The position numbers and the translations under genes were made by a program. Positions 25,677 through 38,709 of a DNA stretch of 64,000 nucleotides are shown here, in pieces. Numbering within the stretch: the stretch's first letter is position 1; each line of letters starts with the position of its first letter. Under the pieces are notes generated by a model. It did not search any database. It saw only the letters and a program-made list of their open reading frames with translations, and was not told the origin of the DNA. This stretch comes from Sphyrna mokarran (Eukaryota): contig JAGIQG010000023.1 of the NCBI GenBank assembly GCA_024679065.1, forward strand, positions 10,416,001 to 10,480,000. Direction: 5' to 3'.

Positions 25677-27227
25677 ATGGCAAGAATAACAATTTGCACT
25701 TATTTAAATCCTTTAATAGACTAAAACATTCCAAGCATTACAAAGGAAAGTGCCAAGCCACTTAGGAGATATTAATGACAAGTTGACTTATAATGACCAT
25801 TTGCCCATTCTAGCAATTAGCCTTAAGGTCAAGAGGAATGTTGCAAGCAACAGATCATTAAAGTTTGAAGCTAGGCTCCAGTGTGATTGGATTAAGGAGC
25901 AAAGGAACAACAGATGACAACAGAAACTTGGGTATTTCCTCTTCAAGCAATTTAGAAACCAAACGAAGTAAACTGGTCATATGCCCAATAAGCACTGTCT
26001 GTCAATCCCTGCATCAGATTAATTAGACCCGCTTTTGGACACCAAGGCACAATTAAATAAGAGTGACAAGCTGCAGATGCCTATAGCTCTTCCCTTGATA
26101 ACTCATTGGCAAAGTCAGGATGAATGTTGTTCAGCTGTAAGAGAGGTGGCAGCCCTCAAATAAGTCACGGAACGGGTAGGGTGAAGAGAAGGAGAGCGTG
26201 TGCATTGATAAACAGGGGGCCTCAGGAGGTCTGCCCCTTCTAGCTCAAGATGAAGTGGACATCATTCAATATCATTGAATCCGTGCACTGCAGAAGAAGC
26301 CTGCATCGACTTTCCAACAACAACCCCACCCAGGCCCTATCCCTCGTAACCCCAAGTTTTTACTCTGTCGATCCCCCAACCTATATATCGCTAAGGAGCA
26401 ATTTAGCATGGCCAATCTACCTAATCAGTACATCTTTGGAGTGTAGGAGGAAACGGGAGCACCCAGAGGAAACCCACACAGATACGGGGAGAGAGTGCAA
26501 ACTCCACACTGACAGTGATGGAGGCTGGTATTGAATCCGGGTCCCTGGTACTATGACTCAGCAGTGCTAACCACTGTGCCACCATGCCATCCCATTGGTC
26601 TAAGCCAAGTGTTCTGGATTATCTATGGCAGCTACAGATTGGCATATTGCCCAGCTAGCTATCAAAATCAATAATTTGGCATTCTTTTGACATTCGCATA
26701 TCAAACCCTTCCCTTCTCGAACAAAAACTCAAAAACTAGACACGCTTTGCCGGATACGCAGAAGCAGACAAAACAAATCCATTGAAACATTCAAAAAAGA
26801 GCAAAATAATTCAAACACATAGTTAGCAGGTCTGACAGCATCTGTGAAGAGAGGAATAGAGGCAATGGGCCAGATTAGGGCTGAGTTGACATGACTCGCA
26901 AACTCTTTAAAAATGCCAGGAGAATCCCAACTCTATGATTCCCAACCCCATTGCTGGAGGTGCCTTTTAAGACTGAGGGCTGGTTTAGATGGCAAACACA
27001 TACCCTGCACTCTCAGTGCTGTGGGACCTTGTCACGGTTAAAGACAGAATGGTCCTTGCTCCTTGCAGCCCCTCAACTCCCACACACTCCCTATGCCCCC
27101 ATCCAGGACACCTCTTGCTGAGTATTTCCTCCATTTTTAATTTTTGATTTCCAGCATCTACTGTTTTTTTTTTTTGCTGAGAGCAAAATAATTCATCTTG
27201 ACATTCGTCCTTCCCCATTCCTTAAAA

Positions 27228-27364
27228 TATACTTCCTGTGAACTTAAGATGAAATATTATCTTCTTGCTTTCTGCACATGACACAGAAATCTGAGTCAAG
27301 TGAAAAAGTAAGAGCAGTTCCACAACTTCCTCTGTGACAATTACTCATCCTTTAAAAGTAAGAT
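27228..27364 (+). promoter_or_regulatory. Putative proximal promoter of gene A (Ets, AP-1, PU.1-like sites)
   Basis: ACTTCCTG 27231-27238, TGAGTCA 27292-27298 and ACTTCCTCT 27325-27333, all within 140 bp of the ATG. Confidence 0.5.
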
Positions 27365-27404
27365 ATGGATTTTTCATTTCATTTTTTCGTGATCTCCTTT
27401 GCTG
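27365..27404 (+). CDS. Gene A (CD300/CMRF35/pIgR-like receptor) exon 1: signal peptide MDFSFHFFVISFA
   Basis: ATG in good Kozak context (gatATGg), 13 hydrophobic codons + 1 nt, strong donor GCTG|GTAAGT. Phase 1 matches the IgV exon at 38142. Same 40-nt length as the gene B leader. Confidence 0.75.
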
Positions 27405-27522
27405 GTAAGTAACAAACAATTAATGTGAATGTGCATAGTGAAGTGAGAATGGAGTGTGTTTGTGTAAGTTTTAAAAGAACATTAATTTGTAGCAGATTTT
27501 TCTTCTGGAATTCTTCTAGAAT

Positions 27523-28025
27523 TGGGTGGCATGGTGGCACAGTGCTTAGCACTGCTACCTCACAGTGCCAGGTACCTGGTTTCAATTCCAGCCTCGGGTC
27601 ACTGTCTATGTGGAGTGTGCACTTTTCTCCCCGTATTTGTGTGGGTTTCATTCAGGTTCTCTGATTTCCTCCCACACTCCAAAATGTGCAATTTGGGTGG
27701 GTTGGCCATGCTAAATTGCCTCTTAGTGTCCTCAGATGTGTTGGTTAAGTGGGTTGGCCATACTAAATTGCCTCTTAGTGTCCTCAGATGTGTTGGTTAG
27801 GTGAGTTGGCCATGCTAAATTGCCTCTTAGTATCCTCAGATGTGTTGGTTAGGTGGGTTGGCCATGCTAAATTGCCTCTTATTGTCCCAAAAGTTTAAAT
27901 GGATTAGCCATGGTGAATGTTTGGGTTTGCAGGGAAAGGCCTGAGTGAGATGCTCTGTCAGAGAGTCAGTTCAGACTTGATGGGCCAAATGGCATCCTTC
28001 TGCACTGCAGGGACTCTATGATTCT
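27523..28025 (+). mobile_element. HE1 SINE with an internal 52-bp tandem repeat (about 3.7 copies, 27697-27887)
   Basis: ttggccat recurs at 27702, 27754, 27806 and 27858. Confidence 0.85.
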
Positions 28026-28887
28026 AATTTATTGTCTCCTTCCTTAGTTTGTTAATTTTCCCTAATCAATTTTCCTTTAAGTCCAATTCCCGAGGTACAG
28101 GAACAGGAAAATCCAACACAGTGTGTCCCTCAGCTATGGCTCAGTGGAGGGACAGGTGGTTGTTGGGTTCAAACCCCACTCCAGGGACTTAAGCATGCGC
28201 AACATGGTAATGTTTCTGTTTAGTCATCAAGGATCAGACTTCCCAGCTGGAATTCTGGGGTGGACGAGGCTCACTGGAGAGCATTCTCCATTGTCCTCGG
28301 GTGGAATCTTACACTCCGACAGATGAGGCGGTAGAATTCCAGCACCCATCTCCCCGACCAGCTGCATGTGAAAGATTTCGCAGATTTGCTGAGCGTATAT
28401 TGTCTGTTCTATTTGTTCTTTAGACCAAACTGTGACTACACTTTCAGCGTATGAGTTGGCTGCAAAGGATTCAGAGGGTCACAAAAGCTGCTGTGAGGAT
28501 GCAAGTCTTTCATTTCAGTGCACCTGTCTTGTATATTTTATATAAATATTTGCTCAAATAACTGAAGCCTATGAATTTCTGCAGATACTCTCGGGGAGGG
28601 CAAACTCCCATTCTTGTCATAATGACTTTTACCTGAACACTCTGTATACTCTGCAGCCTCACAGTGCAAGAGTATAAAAAACCTAAACGGCATTGTTAAA
28701 AAAACAAAGTAATGAAGACAGTGATCTCTGCTGAGCCTAGAAATGGATGGAATCATGAGGGACTGTCAATCTTGGCTCTGGTTTAAAAGTCTTGGCCTGA
28801 ATATTTCACTAGGCAGGCATGCACACTTCGTGGACCAGAAGCAGGCATGAAACGCATTCCTGGCAATGGTGGACCCTGGATTATTTT

Positions 28888-29222
28888 AGAAGTTTATTTA
28901 TTAGTGTCACAAGTACGCTTATATTAACAGTGCAATTAAGTTACATTAGTATTGCAATGAAGTTACATTAATATTGCGGTGAAGTTACTGTGAAAATCCC
29001 TTAGTCTCCTGTACCTGTTCGGGTACACTGAGGGAGAATTTGGCATGGCCAATCCACCTAACCAGGACGTCTTTCAGACTGTGGGGAGAAACGGGAGCAT
29101 CCAGAGGAAACCCACGCAGTCACAGGAAGAACGTGCAGTCTCCGCATAGACAGTCATCCAAGCCAGGAATTGAACCCAGGTCCCTGGCGCTGTGGGACAG
29201 CAGTGCTAACAACTGTGGCACA
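28888..29222 (-). mobile_element. V-SINE with type B tail (tail has a triplicated 22-bp unit)
   Basis: Consensus-like; atta..a.tgc..t.aagttac repeated three times. Confidence 0.8.
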
Positions 29223-29957
29223 CATTGGGTGTCTCTCTGTGCATGTTTCTCCTCGTGTCTATGTGGGTTCTCTAGGCTGGCCAATTAATAGCCGTTTCTG
29301 GTGTGAAGAACATTCTGGAAGAGGCTGAGTGCTACCAGGAGGGTGGGTTCCAAGGAAAGCAAGAGCGCGGGCTGGCATTTCCAATGTGCCTCTTCTGGGG
29401 CAATGGCTGCTATGGAGCTGTCTCAAGGAGTGCGCCCCCCATGAAAAATAAATATGTGTTAAAACTATGCCACTTGTATCTGGGCAACACGATCACCCAC
29501 AGAACTCAATTCCTGGATGCATTTATTCATTTTATATGACCCCTGACCTTTTCATCCTACCCTGGGTCAAGGGTGCTAATTGGCCCACTTGACTGGCTAA
29601 AATCCTTGTTATAGAATTATAGAATGCCTCTATAGCAAAAGGAGGCCATTCAGTCCATCGAGTCAGTTACTGATTAATTATTCCAATTGGCAAAGGCACG
29701 ATGCCATCAGGAAACACCTTCTGGTGCAATTCTGATGTGTTTCCAGGCCAGATAGTGCCTGAAATTTAAACCTAAAATTCTGGCCATGAGAATAGGTGGG
29801 AAAGAAAATTGCTGGTGTGTGAAAAGTTGTTCGTGCTTCAATCATTCATTATTTTACAATTACTGCAGCACAGAAACAATCAGAGGCCTTTTCATCTTTG
29901 AACTATTCTGCCTCGGAATGCTATTGAGGCCCCCCGTTGCTAAGTCTATCCAAGTAT

Positions 29958-30765
29958 TAACAAAGAACAAAGAAAAATACAGCACAGGAACAGGCCCTTC
30001 GGCCCTCCAAGCCTGCATCAGTCATGATGCCCTAACTAAACTAAAAAAAAACCTTCTGCTCTCACTCATTCCGTATCCTTCTATTCCCTCCCTATTGGAG
30101 TCAATGGGATCAAAGGTTATAGGGAAAAAGCAGGATTAGGCTATTGTGTTGGACGATCAGCCATGATTTAGAGAAGATAGAAGCAGGGAAGTTGCTTCGA
30201 CTGGGCAGGTGAAACTAGAACTAGGGGGCATGGCCTCAAAATAAAGGGGAAGCAGATTTAGGACTGAGTTGAGGATGAACTTCTTCACACAAAAGGTTGT
30301 GAATCTGAGGAATTCCCTGCCCAGTGAAGCAGTTGAGGCTATCTCATTGAATGTTTTTAAAGCAAGGGTAGATACGTTTTTGAACAGCAAAGGAATTAAG
30401 GGCTATGGTGAGCGGGTGGGTGAGTGGAACTGAGTCTGCAAAAAGATCACTCATGATCTTATTGAATGGCAGAGCAGGCTGGAGGGGTCAGATGGCCTAC
30501 TCCTGCTCCTAGTTCTTATGTTCTTATGTAATGAATGGCGGAGCAGGCTCAAAGGGCCAAATAGCCTCCTCCTGCTCCTATCTTCAATGTTTCTACGTTA
30601 CTTATGTACCCATCCACATGCTTCTTAAATGTTCCTAATGTGCCTGCTTCCATCACTTCCTCCGGCAGCGTGTTTCAAGCTCCCACCACTGCCTGTGTGA
30701 AAAACATCCTCCGCACATCTCCCTTAAACTTTTCCCCTCTCACCTTGAGCCTGTACCCAATTGAG
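29958..30765. mobile_element. Three-level nest of CR1 3' fragments
   Basis: Minus CR1 tail (29958-30095 and 30603-30765) contains a plus CR1 tail (30096-30167 and 30528-30600), which contains another plus CR1 (30168-30527). Confidence 0.7.
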
Positions 30766-32049
30766 ATTGAGATTGACAGATTCCCGGGCATTAAGCGAAT
30801 CTGGGAATACAGGGATAGTTTGGGACATTGGAGTTGAGGTAGATTATTCAGGATTTTATTGAAGGATGCAGTCTCAAGGGGCTGTATTGCCTTCTCCAGC
30901 TTCTATTTCTTATGTTACGTCCTTAGAGTATATTAAAAGGTCAACTCAGCAGTTTGTTCTTTATCTCCCCTCAAGTTCCCTATCATACTTAGCATGGGGA
31001 TGTGAAATCTGGCTGTCCCCTTCCTCCCTCCCTGCCCAGTGATACGTCTATAACTGAGGCCAGCCTTCCACTCTTATCAGGAGTAAATCCCATGTGCAGG
31101 GACATGTCTGGAATATTGAGTACAGTACCAGTCACCTAAGCATTAAGAAGTATTTAGATGTGCATTTGCAATGCCAAGGAGTGCAAGGTTACCCATAGAA
31201 ATCCATAGAATCCCTACAGTACAGAAGGAAGCCATTTGGTCCATCGAATCTACCCCAACCACTATCCCACCCAGACCTCATTCTCACATCCCCACATATT
31301 TACCCTACCAATCACTCTGATAATAGGGTCAATTTGGCATGGCCAATCAACATAACCCGCACATCTTTGGATTGTGGGAGGAAACAAGAACAATCTGGAG
31401 GAAACCCAGGCAGACACAGGGAGAACTTGCCAACTCCACACTGACAATGACCAAAGCCAGGAGTCGAATCTGGGTTCCTGGTGCTGTGAGGCAACAGTGC
31501 TAACCAAGCTGCCACAGTGTCGCCCTAGTAAAAGTAAAGTTTTTTATTAGTCACAAGAAAGGCTTACATTAACACTGCAATGAAGTTACTGTGCAATTCC
31601 CCTAGTTGCCACCGTCTGGTGCCTGTTTGCGTCAATGCAACTAACGAGCACGTCTTTCAGAATGTGGGAGGAAACAGAGTGCCTGGAGGAAACCCACGCA
31701 GACACTGGGAGAACATGCAAACTCCAGACAGCCAGTGAACCAAGCCAGGAATCAAACTGGGTCCGTGGCACTGTGAGACAGCAGTGCTAACCATTGTGCC
31801 ACAGACCCGTCCGCGTGGATCAAGTGCTAGAAAATGGGATTAAAATAGTTGGGTGGTTTGTCCTTGGCCATTTTCTGCACTGTAGATTTCTATGACTTGA
31901 TGATTTACAGCCACAATCCTCTCAAGATTGGAAAATCCTGCCTGAGGTCAATGGATCTTTATGTAGTCCGTGTCTTGCCCACTAAAATTTCCTTGACAGG
32001 GAGGAAGAAGAATTCTGCCCTATGACTCTGTGACCTCATTAATGAATGC

Positions 32050-32520
32050 ATTGGAAGTAATTTGGAGAAGATTTACCATACTAAAACCTGGAATGAGCAC
32101 ATTGTATCATGAAGAAAGCTGGAGAAGCTAGGCTTGTATCCACTAGAGTTTAAAAGAGTAAGAGGCAACTTGATAGAAATAAATCAGATCCTGAGGGGTA
32201 TTGACTGGGGAGATGTGGGGAGGGTTTTATTCTTGTCAAAGAATCTAGAGCCAGGGTCACCATTTAAAAATAAGGGGAGATATGAGTTTTCTCTCACAGA
32301 AATGTGAGTCTTTCGAACTCTCTTCCTGAAAAGGCAACAAAAGCAGGATCCTTGAATATCTGTAAGCCAGAAGTGGATAGATTACTGATACACAAGGAGG
32401 TTGGAGGGTAAAAGGTTATGGGGATCAACAGGAAGCAGGTTTGTGGTAACTGTCAAATCAGCCAGGATCTCATGAAATAGAGTAGCAGGCTCAAGGGGCT
32501 GAATGGCCTACTCCTGCTGT
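32050..32520 (+). mobile_element. CR1 LINE 3' fragment
   Basis: Degenerate RFT.L.PG..KLGLY.LE motif and CR1 tail. Confidence 0.75.
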
Positions 32521-32544
32521 TTGCTCACATGTGCATAAGTTCAT

Positions 32545-32663
32545 GGGCAGAATTCTCCAATCACGCTCCAATCTAAAAGCCTGAAATTCCCCTCCGACTG
32601 TCAATGGGATGTCACCCGCCCGTCAAAATTCCCATGGTGGACAGGATGGGAGAATTCCGGCCC
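32545..32663. mobile_element. Short MITE-like element with GGGC/GCCC terminal inverted repeats
   Basis: gggcagaattctcc...ggagaattccggccc. Similar roughly 120-bp elements at about 24826-24955, 31890-32020 and 59500-59622. Confidence 0.55.
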
Positions 32664-33357
32664 ATATGTATGTGGAGAGTTGGCGGGCAATCTGATTGGC
32701 TGCCAGCTCTGTAGTCCCAGCATGCCATGAGACAGGAGCAGCTCAGACTACAACCGGCCCTCAAGATGAGGGTGAGTTTAAAGAGGAGTCCAGGGATTTG
32801 GGGAAGGATAGGTGCAAGGCTCCAGAAGGGAGGAGGAGTGGAGGAGAGGGGGCTATCATGTTAGAAAGGCCAGGGGGAGAGGCTTAAAAATGAGGGAGGA
32901 ATAGTCATCTTAGTGGCAGTGCCCCTGATGAGCACAGTGGAACTCCCCTCCTCCCCACCACCCCAAAAAGGTACAGAGTTAGCTGCCTCAGCTGCCCTGG
33001 AGGTCCAAACCTTGTGGTGGAGGTGGGGTGACTAAGGCACTTAAGTGGTCATTAATTGTCCATATAAGGCAGCAGGGCAAATGTGTTTCCTGATGCCTCA
33101 CCACTCCCTACTGCACCCCCGCTGTAGGACAGGGTCAATCAGGGGTGGGCACGATGGTTGTCAAAAAAGGTGGCCATTTGCTTTATTTAGCCTGCAGCCC
33201 TTTAATATTTTATTCATTCCTGGGGCATGAGTGTTGCTGGCTAGGTCAACATTTATTGTCCATCCCTAGTTGCCCTTGAGAAGGTGGTGCTGAGCTGCCT
33301 GCTTGAAAATCTGTAGTTTGACACATAATGCCGAGACTTCGTAGCGATTAATACAAC

Positions 33358-33688
33358 TGGGGTGGCACGGGGGCACAGTGGTGAGCACTGCTGCCTCACA
33401 GTGCCAGGGACCTGAGTTCGATTCCTGGCCTCAGGTCCCTGTCTGTGCAGAGTCTGCATGCTCTCCCCATATCTGCATGGGTTCCTTCCGGGTGCTCTGG
33501 TTTCCTCCCTTAATGCGAAGATATGCAAGTTAGGTGATTGACCATGCTAAATTGACCCTAGTGTAATGGGATTAGTAGGATAAATATATTGTGCTCGGGG
33601 AATAGAGCATGGATGGGATTGTGGTTGGTGCAGACTCAATGGGCCAAATGGCCTCCTTCTGCACTGTGGGGATTCTATGATTCTATGA
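33358..33688 (+). mobile_element. HE1-type V-SINE (left arm of an inverted duplication)
   Basis: Shares diagnostic changes and its 5' flank with the copy at 34610-34918. Confidence 0.85.
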
Positions 33689-34609
33689 ACTGAGTGGTTT
33701 GCTCAGCCATTTCAGAGGGCAGCTCTGAGTCAGCCACATTGCCGTGGTTCTGCAGTCAGAACACTTTGAATGCACAAGTGGTGGGGGGAGGCAGTAATAT
33801 CCACCCAAGAAATCACCAAAATAGTTTTGAAAGCCTGACCCTGTTTTGCTAATCAAGTGCTGATCTTGCGGCCGTGGGTTTAAAGAAACTGCTTCCCCCT
33901 CATTCAGATTTACCGATAAGAGTCAGGTGGAGCCGCAGAAGAAATCAGCACATTACAGCAAATTGCTCATCCTGTTTGAGGTTTCAGTCAAACCAACAAA
34001 CAAAACTACTGCCTACACCCGACACCACATCAACTGCAGCGGAAAACCACAGTACTTGTATCGTCAGGTCCTGTGTTACTCAGCCTGTTGTATAATCGAG
34101 CAGTGTGGGTCTTCCACTCCAGGCAGTGTCCCTGTTATTTGCTGTGTCACTTGAAGCAGGCCTGTGAGGCACCATCCTGAACTGGATGAATTTAACCCAC
34201 AGCGAGTGCAAATTGGATAAGGTACCATCGAAACACAGAAGATAAGAGCAGGGAGGAGGCCATTTGGCCCTTTGAGCCTGCTCCACCATTCATCATAATC
34301 ATAGCTAATTGTTCAACTCAATAGCCTAATTCTGCTTTTCCCCCCCATAACCTTTCATCCCATTCACCGCAAGTGCCACATCTAACACCCTTTGAATACA
34401 TTCAATGTTTTGGCATCAACTACTTCATGAATTCCACAGGCTCACCACTTTCTGGGTGGAGAAATGTCTTCTCATCTCCATCCTAAATAGTCTGTCTTGA
34501 ATCCTCAGACTGGGGGGGGAAGTGAGATACCCACAGGGGTGCAGTTTTCCTTATTGTTTGGCTCAGACAGTGTGTACTAGTGTGGTCTGCTTTTCTTGCC
34601 ATATTATAG

Positions 34610-34918
34610 AATATTAGAATCCCTACAGTGCAGAAGGAGGCCATTCGGCCCATTGAGTTTGCACCAACCACAATCCCACCCAGCCCCTATCCCCATAGTC
34701 CCACTTATTTATCCAGCTAATCTCTCTGACATTAAGGAGCAATTTAGAGTGGCCAATCAACGTAATCCGCACATTTTTGGATGGTGAGAGGAAACCTACA
34801 TGGACACGGGGAGAATGTGCAAACTCCACACAGACAGTGACCCAAGCCAGGAATCGAACCTGGGTCCCTGGCACTGTAAGGCAGCAGTGCTCACCACTGT
34901 GCCCCCATGCCACCCCAG
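34610..34918 (-). mobile_element. HE1-type V-SINE (right arm of an inverted duplication)
   Basis: Shares diagnostic changes and its 5' flank with the copy at 33358-33688. Confidence 0.85.
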
Positions 34919-37900
34919 CTGTATTAATCACTACAAAGTCTCGGCATTGTGGGTCAAATACTGAAGAAGAAAAGAATCCTTGAGGTGCACCACACCATCA
35001 CACTGGTGGATGGGACGTGAAAAAGCCAGCAAGGGCAGGTTTCCAGAGATTTTAAAAAGGATGCTCAATCTCCAGTTAAAAAAAAAGGAACCCTCACCCC
35101 CACACACAGAGACCCCACCCCCACTATGCACAAAGAGACTCCCCCACATGCAATGGGTAAGTTCCCACTTCCTCCCCCCCCGCACCCCAACACCACCCAT
35201 GGGAACCCTCCCACCTTCACAGACTGGGGAATCACACCCTATAAGGACACTGGGAAGCCTGCTCCCTATGGAGACTCCCAGAGGAATCTCCCTTTCCCCT
35301 ATCTGGGTACTGCCCCCCGACATCCTGACACTGCCCCCATGGTAAACAGAGGTACAAAATTCTAGACTGTGGAAAGAGGTCATTTGGTCCATCATGTCTG
35401 CACCAGCTCTCCAAACTAGCATCATGACTTAGTGTCATTCCCCTGCCTTGCCCCTGACCCCATACCCTTGCACATTGTTTCCATACCAATAATCATCCAA
35501 TGCCCTCTTGCATGCCTCGATTGAATCTGTCTCCACCACATTTCCAGGCAGTGTATTTCCAGACCCAAACCACTCATTGCGTGGATACGTTTTTGTCACA
35601 GCACACTTGTTTCTTTTGCAAATCCCTTTCAGTCTCTGCCCTTTCATTCTTTAACCGGCAGGAACAGTTTCTCACCGTCTACTTTGCCAGCCCCAGCCCC
35701 CTCATGATTTTGAACATCTCTATCAAAGCTCCTCTTAGCCTTCTTCTCTGTAAGGAGAATAGTCCCAATCTCTCCAATGACTCTGAGGTCTAGTTAGTGT
35801 CTTGCGTAAGTTCAGCATTACCTTGCTCTTGTACTCTATGCTTCTATTAATAAAGCCCGGAATACAATTGCTTTTCTTTTCACTAACTGCTCTTTAGGAT
35901 TCTCCTTCTTCGCGTACTGTGTCTTAACAGGACATTGGTGACCAGGGGTTCCATTGGATTCCTTGATTCTCCTTCAGGCTAAAGTGTTTTGCCATTATCT
36001 TCTTGCAGAATGGCCACCTGTCAGCTTTCCTACTTTTGTTGCCTTATCTCACGTATGTTGGAGGAATTTACCGTCTGTTAACTAATCTGTTTGGCCATGA
36101 TCTGAATTTTGCTTTCATGTCCTAGAGTGGGACTTGAACCCAAAGTTCCTGGCCTAGAGATAGGGATGCTAATCACTGCAACTAGACCATCTTCTCCCTT
36201 TAAGATCAGATTATTGAAATCGGTAGAATGAGGAAAGATTGTGAGTGAGTAAGAAAAATAAATGCCTGGTTGGACATTGCCAATAAGGATGCCCACTCTC
36301 AGAGTAATGGTCTCCCCTTGATATTCCATCCCTTATTACACTAGAATCAGAAGGTTGAATTTTATTTCAGAGGCAAATGCCCCATGACCCGGGCTGAAAG
36401 TGAGAGGTGAACCTGATTGGCTATAGCCAATTAAATGGCCACCACTGGGGCTGTTATCCATAGTAACCCCACAAAAACTGAGGCCAAACCTGGAAATTAG
36501 CAGCTCTGATGCCTCAACAGCGTCATTAGTGGCAGTGGCCATTAATGGGGCTGCACCTGGAGGATGAGGGCATATCGATGGCCATGCACAAAGACAGGAA
36601 AATGATGCCTGGGTGTGCCAATATCAGGCTGGCACGCAGACCCCAACAGGATCAGTGGGAGTGGGAGGGGGGAGTTCACAGAGAGGAGACAACACCCCTG
36701 CTACTGGGTGGAGAAGGCTCATGGAGTTTCCAAAAAGCTGTCCCCAGAAGACAACAGGAGACTACCAGATTGCTCTGGACTATCTCCTCTCATTTCAGCA
36801 TTCTATCCCTGGACACTAATAAAATGTCTATGGAGGACATTGGATATTAAGTAGCTGAACCGGGCTCCCAGTTGACATTGCATGTGCCAACCTTTCTGCC
36901 ACTGACAAAATGGACTTTTGGTGTCAAGGGGTATGGGGAGAGAGTATGGCACAGAAATAGAGAATCAATCATGATCACACTGAATGATGGAGCAGGCTAC
37001 AGGGGCCGAAAGACTTAATCATGTGTACATCCATGTTTTTATAATCATCAGGTATAGGTCCAACAACATCATGTGCCATTTTGCCAGCCTCCTTGCCTCC
37101 CAGCACATTGTCAAAGGAGGATAAAATTCTAACCGTAGTATAGCCACAGAAGAAGGCCAACCAGCTGGCTATATTTTACTGATCTGAGTGCAGGGATCCA
37201 GATAGAAAGATCTCCAATTACAGATTAGCATGGTAGCACTACTGCCTCACAGTGCCACAGATCTGGTTTCCATTCCTAACTCGGGTCACTGTTTGTGTGT
37301 GGAGTTTGCACATTCTCCCCATGCCTGCATGGGTTTCCTCCAGATGCTCTGGTTTCCTTCCACAGTCCAAAGATGTGCTGGTTAGATGGATTGGTCATGC
37401 TAAATTGCCCCTTAGTATGGGGGGGCTAGTTAGTGTAAATAGTGTCAAGAGATAAGGCTTGGGAGGGATTCTAGTCGGTGCAGGCTCAATGGGCCAAATA
37501 GCCCAATTCTGCACCGTAAGATTCTATATTTCTATTAGCGAAAGTGGTTCCATGAGGTAAACTGTGAGCCATAGGAACTTCAAGAAACAATACTTTAGAC
37601 TCTGCTCATTGAGAATTTGAACAATGAGAGTGCGACACAGATACAATAATGATTTTAAAATTTAAACTTTTTTTATTAGTGACACAAGTAGGCTGACATT
37701 AATACTGCAATAAGTTACTGTAAAAACTCTGTAGTCATCAACTCCAGCACGGAGAGAGAATTTAGCATGGCCAATGCACCTAACCTTCCTGGACTGTGGG
37801 AAGGAACTGGAGCAAAACCCGCACAGCCACAGGGAGAATGTGTAAGCTCTACACAGTCAGTGACCCAAACCGGGAATCGAACCCCAGACCCTGGCTTGGT

Positions 37901-38141
37901 GAGGCAGCAATGCTGATTGCTGTGCCACCGTGCTGCATTGTGAACTGTCTTTATTTCAGACTAGTATTAATTTCTGAAGATGAAAAATCCAAAAGTCCTT
38001 CAGACTGCATCATCAGAGTGATCAAAATGAAGGTGTCTGTTTAGGAGTCTTACCGCACATTTTCAAAAATATTCTTTACCTTATTAAACTGTTAAGTTGA
38101 TTTGTGTTTTCTTGTACTTGCTGTACTTTCACACTGTACAG

Positions 38142-38474
38142 TTACTTGCGCTGCATCGAATGGATGGGATATTGTAAATGGAACAGTGGGACAATCAGTC
38201 CATATCAAGTGTCAATATGACAAACATTACAGCAATTATCAAAAGTACTGGTGCAAAGGTGATGACCAGGAAGACTGTGCTATTATAGTGCGAACCAACG
38301 GCCCAAAGAAGACAAGTACTGATGGGAGAATCACCACAGTCACTGACAATAAAACAGGAGAATTTACAGTCACAATGGAACAGTTAACACAGAGCGATGA
38401 GGGCTTGTACTGGTGTGGAATTGAAAGATTGTTAGGGGATCTCCTAAGCCCCGTGGAAATTAAAATCAACAAAG
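38142..38474 (+). CDS. Gene A exon 2: Ig V-set domain, CD300/pIgR/TREM-like
   Basis: Acceptor ...cactgtacAG, donor AAAG|GTAGGA, phase 1-1. Translation (V)TCAASNGWDIVNGTVGQSVHIKCQYDKHYSNYQKYWCKGDDQEDC...DGRIT...FTVTMEQLTQSDEGLYWCGIERLLGDLLSPVEIKINK has the B/F cysteines, C-strand Trp, DxGxYWC and the extra KYWC-x7-C disulfide typical of CD300 and pIgR domain 1. Confidence 0.95.
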
Positions 38475-38709
38475 GTAGGATCTGCATGATTTTATTAATT
38501 GTGTGCATCTGTATAGTTTTATATTGCTTTCAGTATAATTTAGGATTTGTTTTTCAACATTTCCAAAATGATTTTCAGTGGGAAGTTAGGGTAGAAGAAC
38601 TTTGTGATGGGCCCAGGAAGGCAAGTTAATACCCTCCACCAGCTCATGAAAGAAAACTTGTCGGTCGCTTGGCCTTAGGTTTTTTCCTTGCCACTGGTTC
38701 AATCCTAGT

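Noticed and set aside
27697-27887. CRISPR-like regular repeat
   Set aside because: Contiguous 52-bp tandem units without spacers inside a eukaryotic SINE.
38102-38629. Single-exon 175-aa Ig plus TM protein as given in the ORF track
   Set aside because: Non-ATG start in the polypyrimidine tract and read-through past a clear donor at 38475. The hydrophobic stretch after it is intronic, although an intron-retention isoform cannot be excluded.
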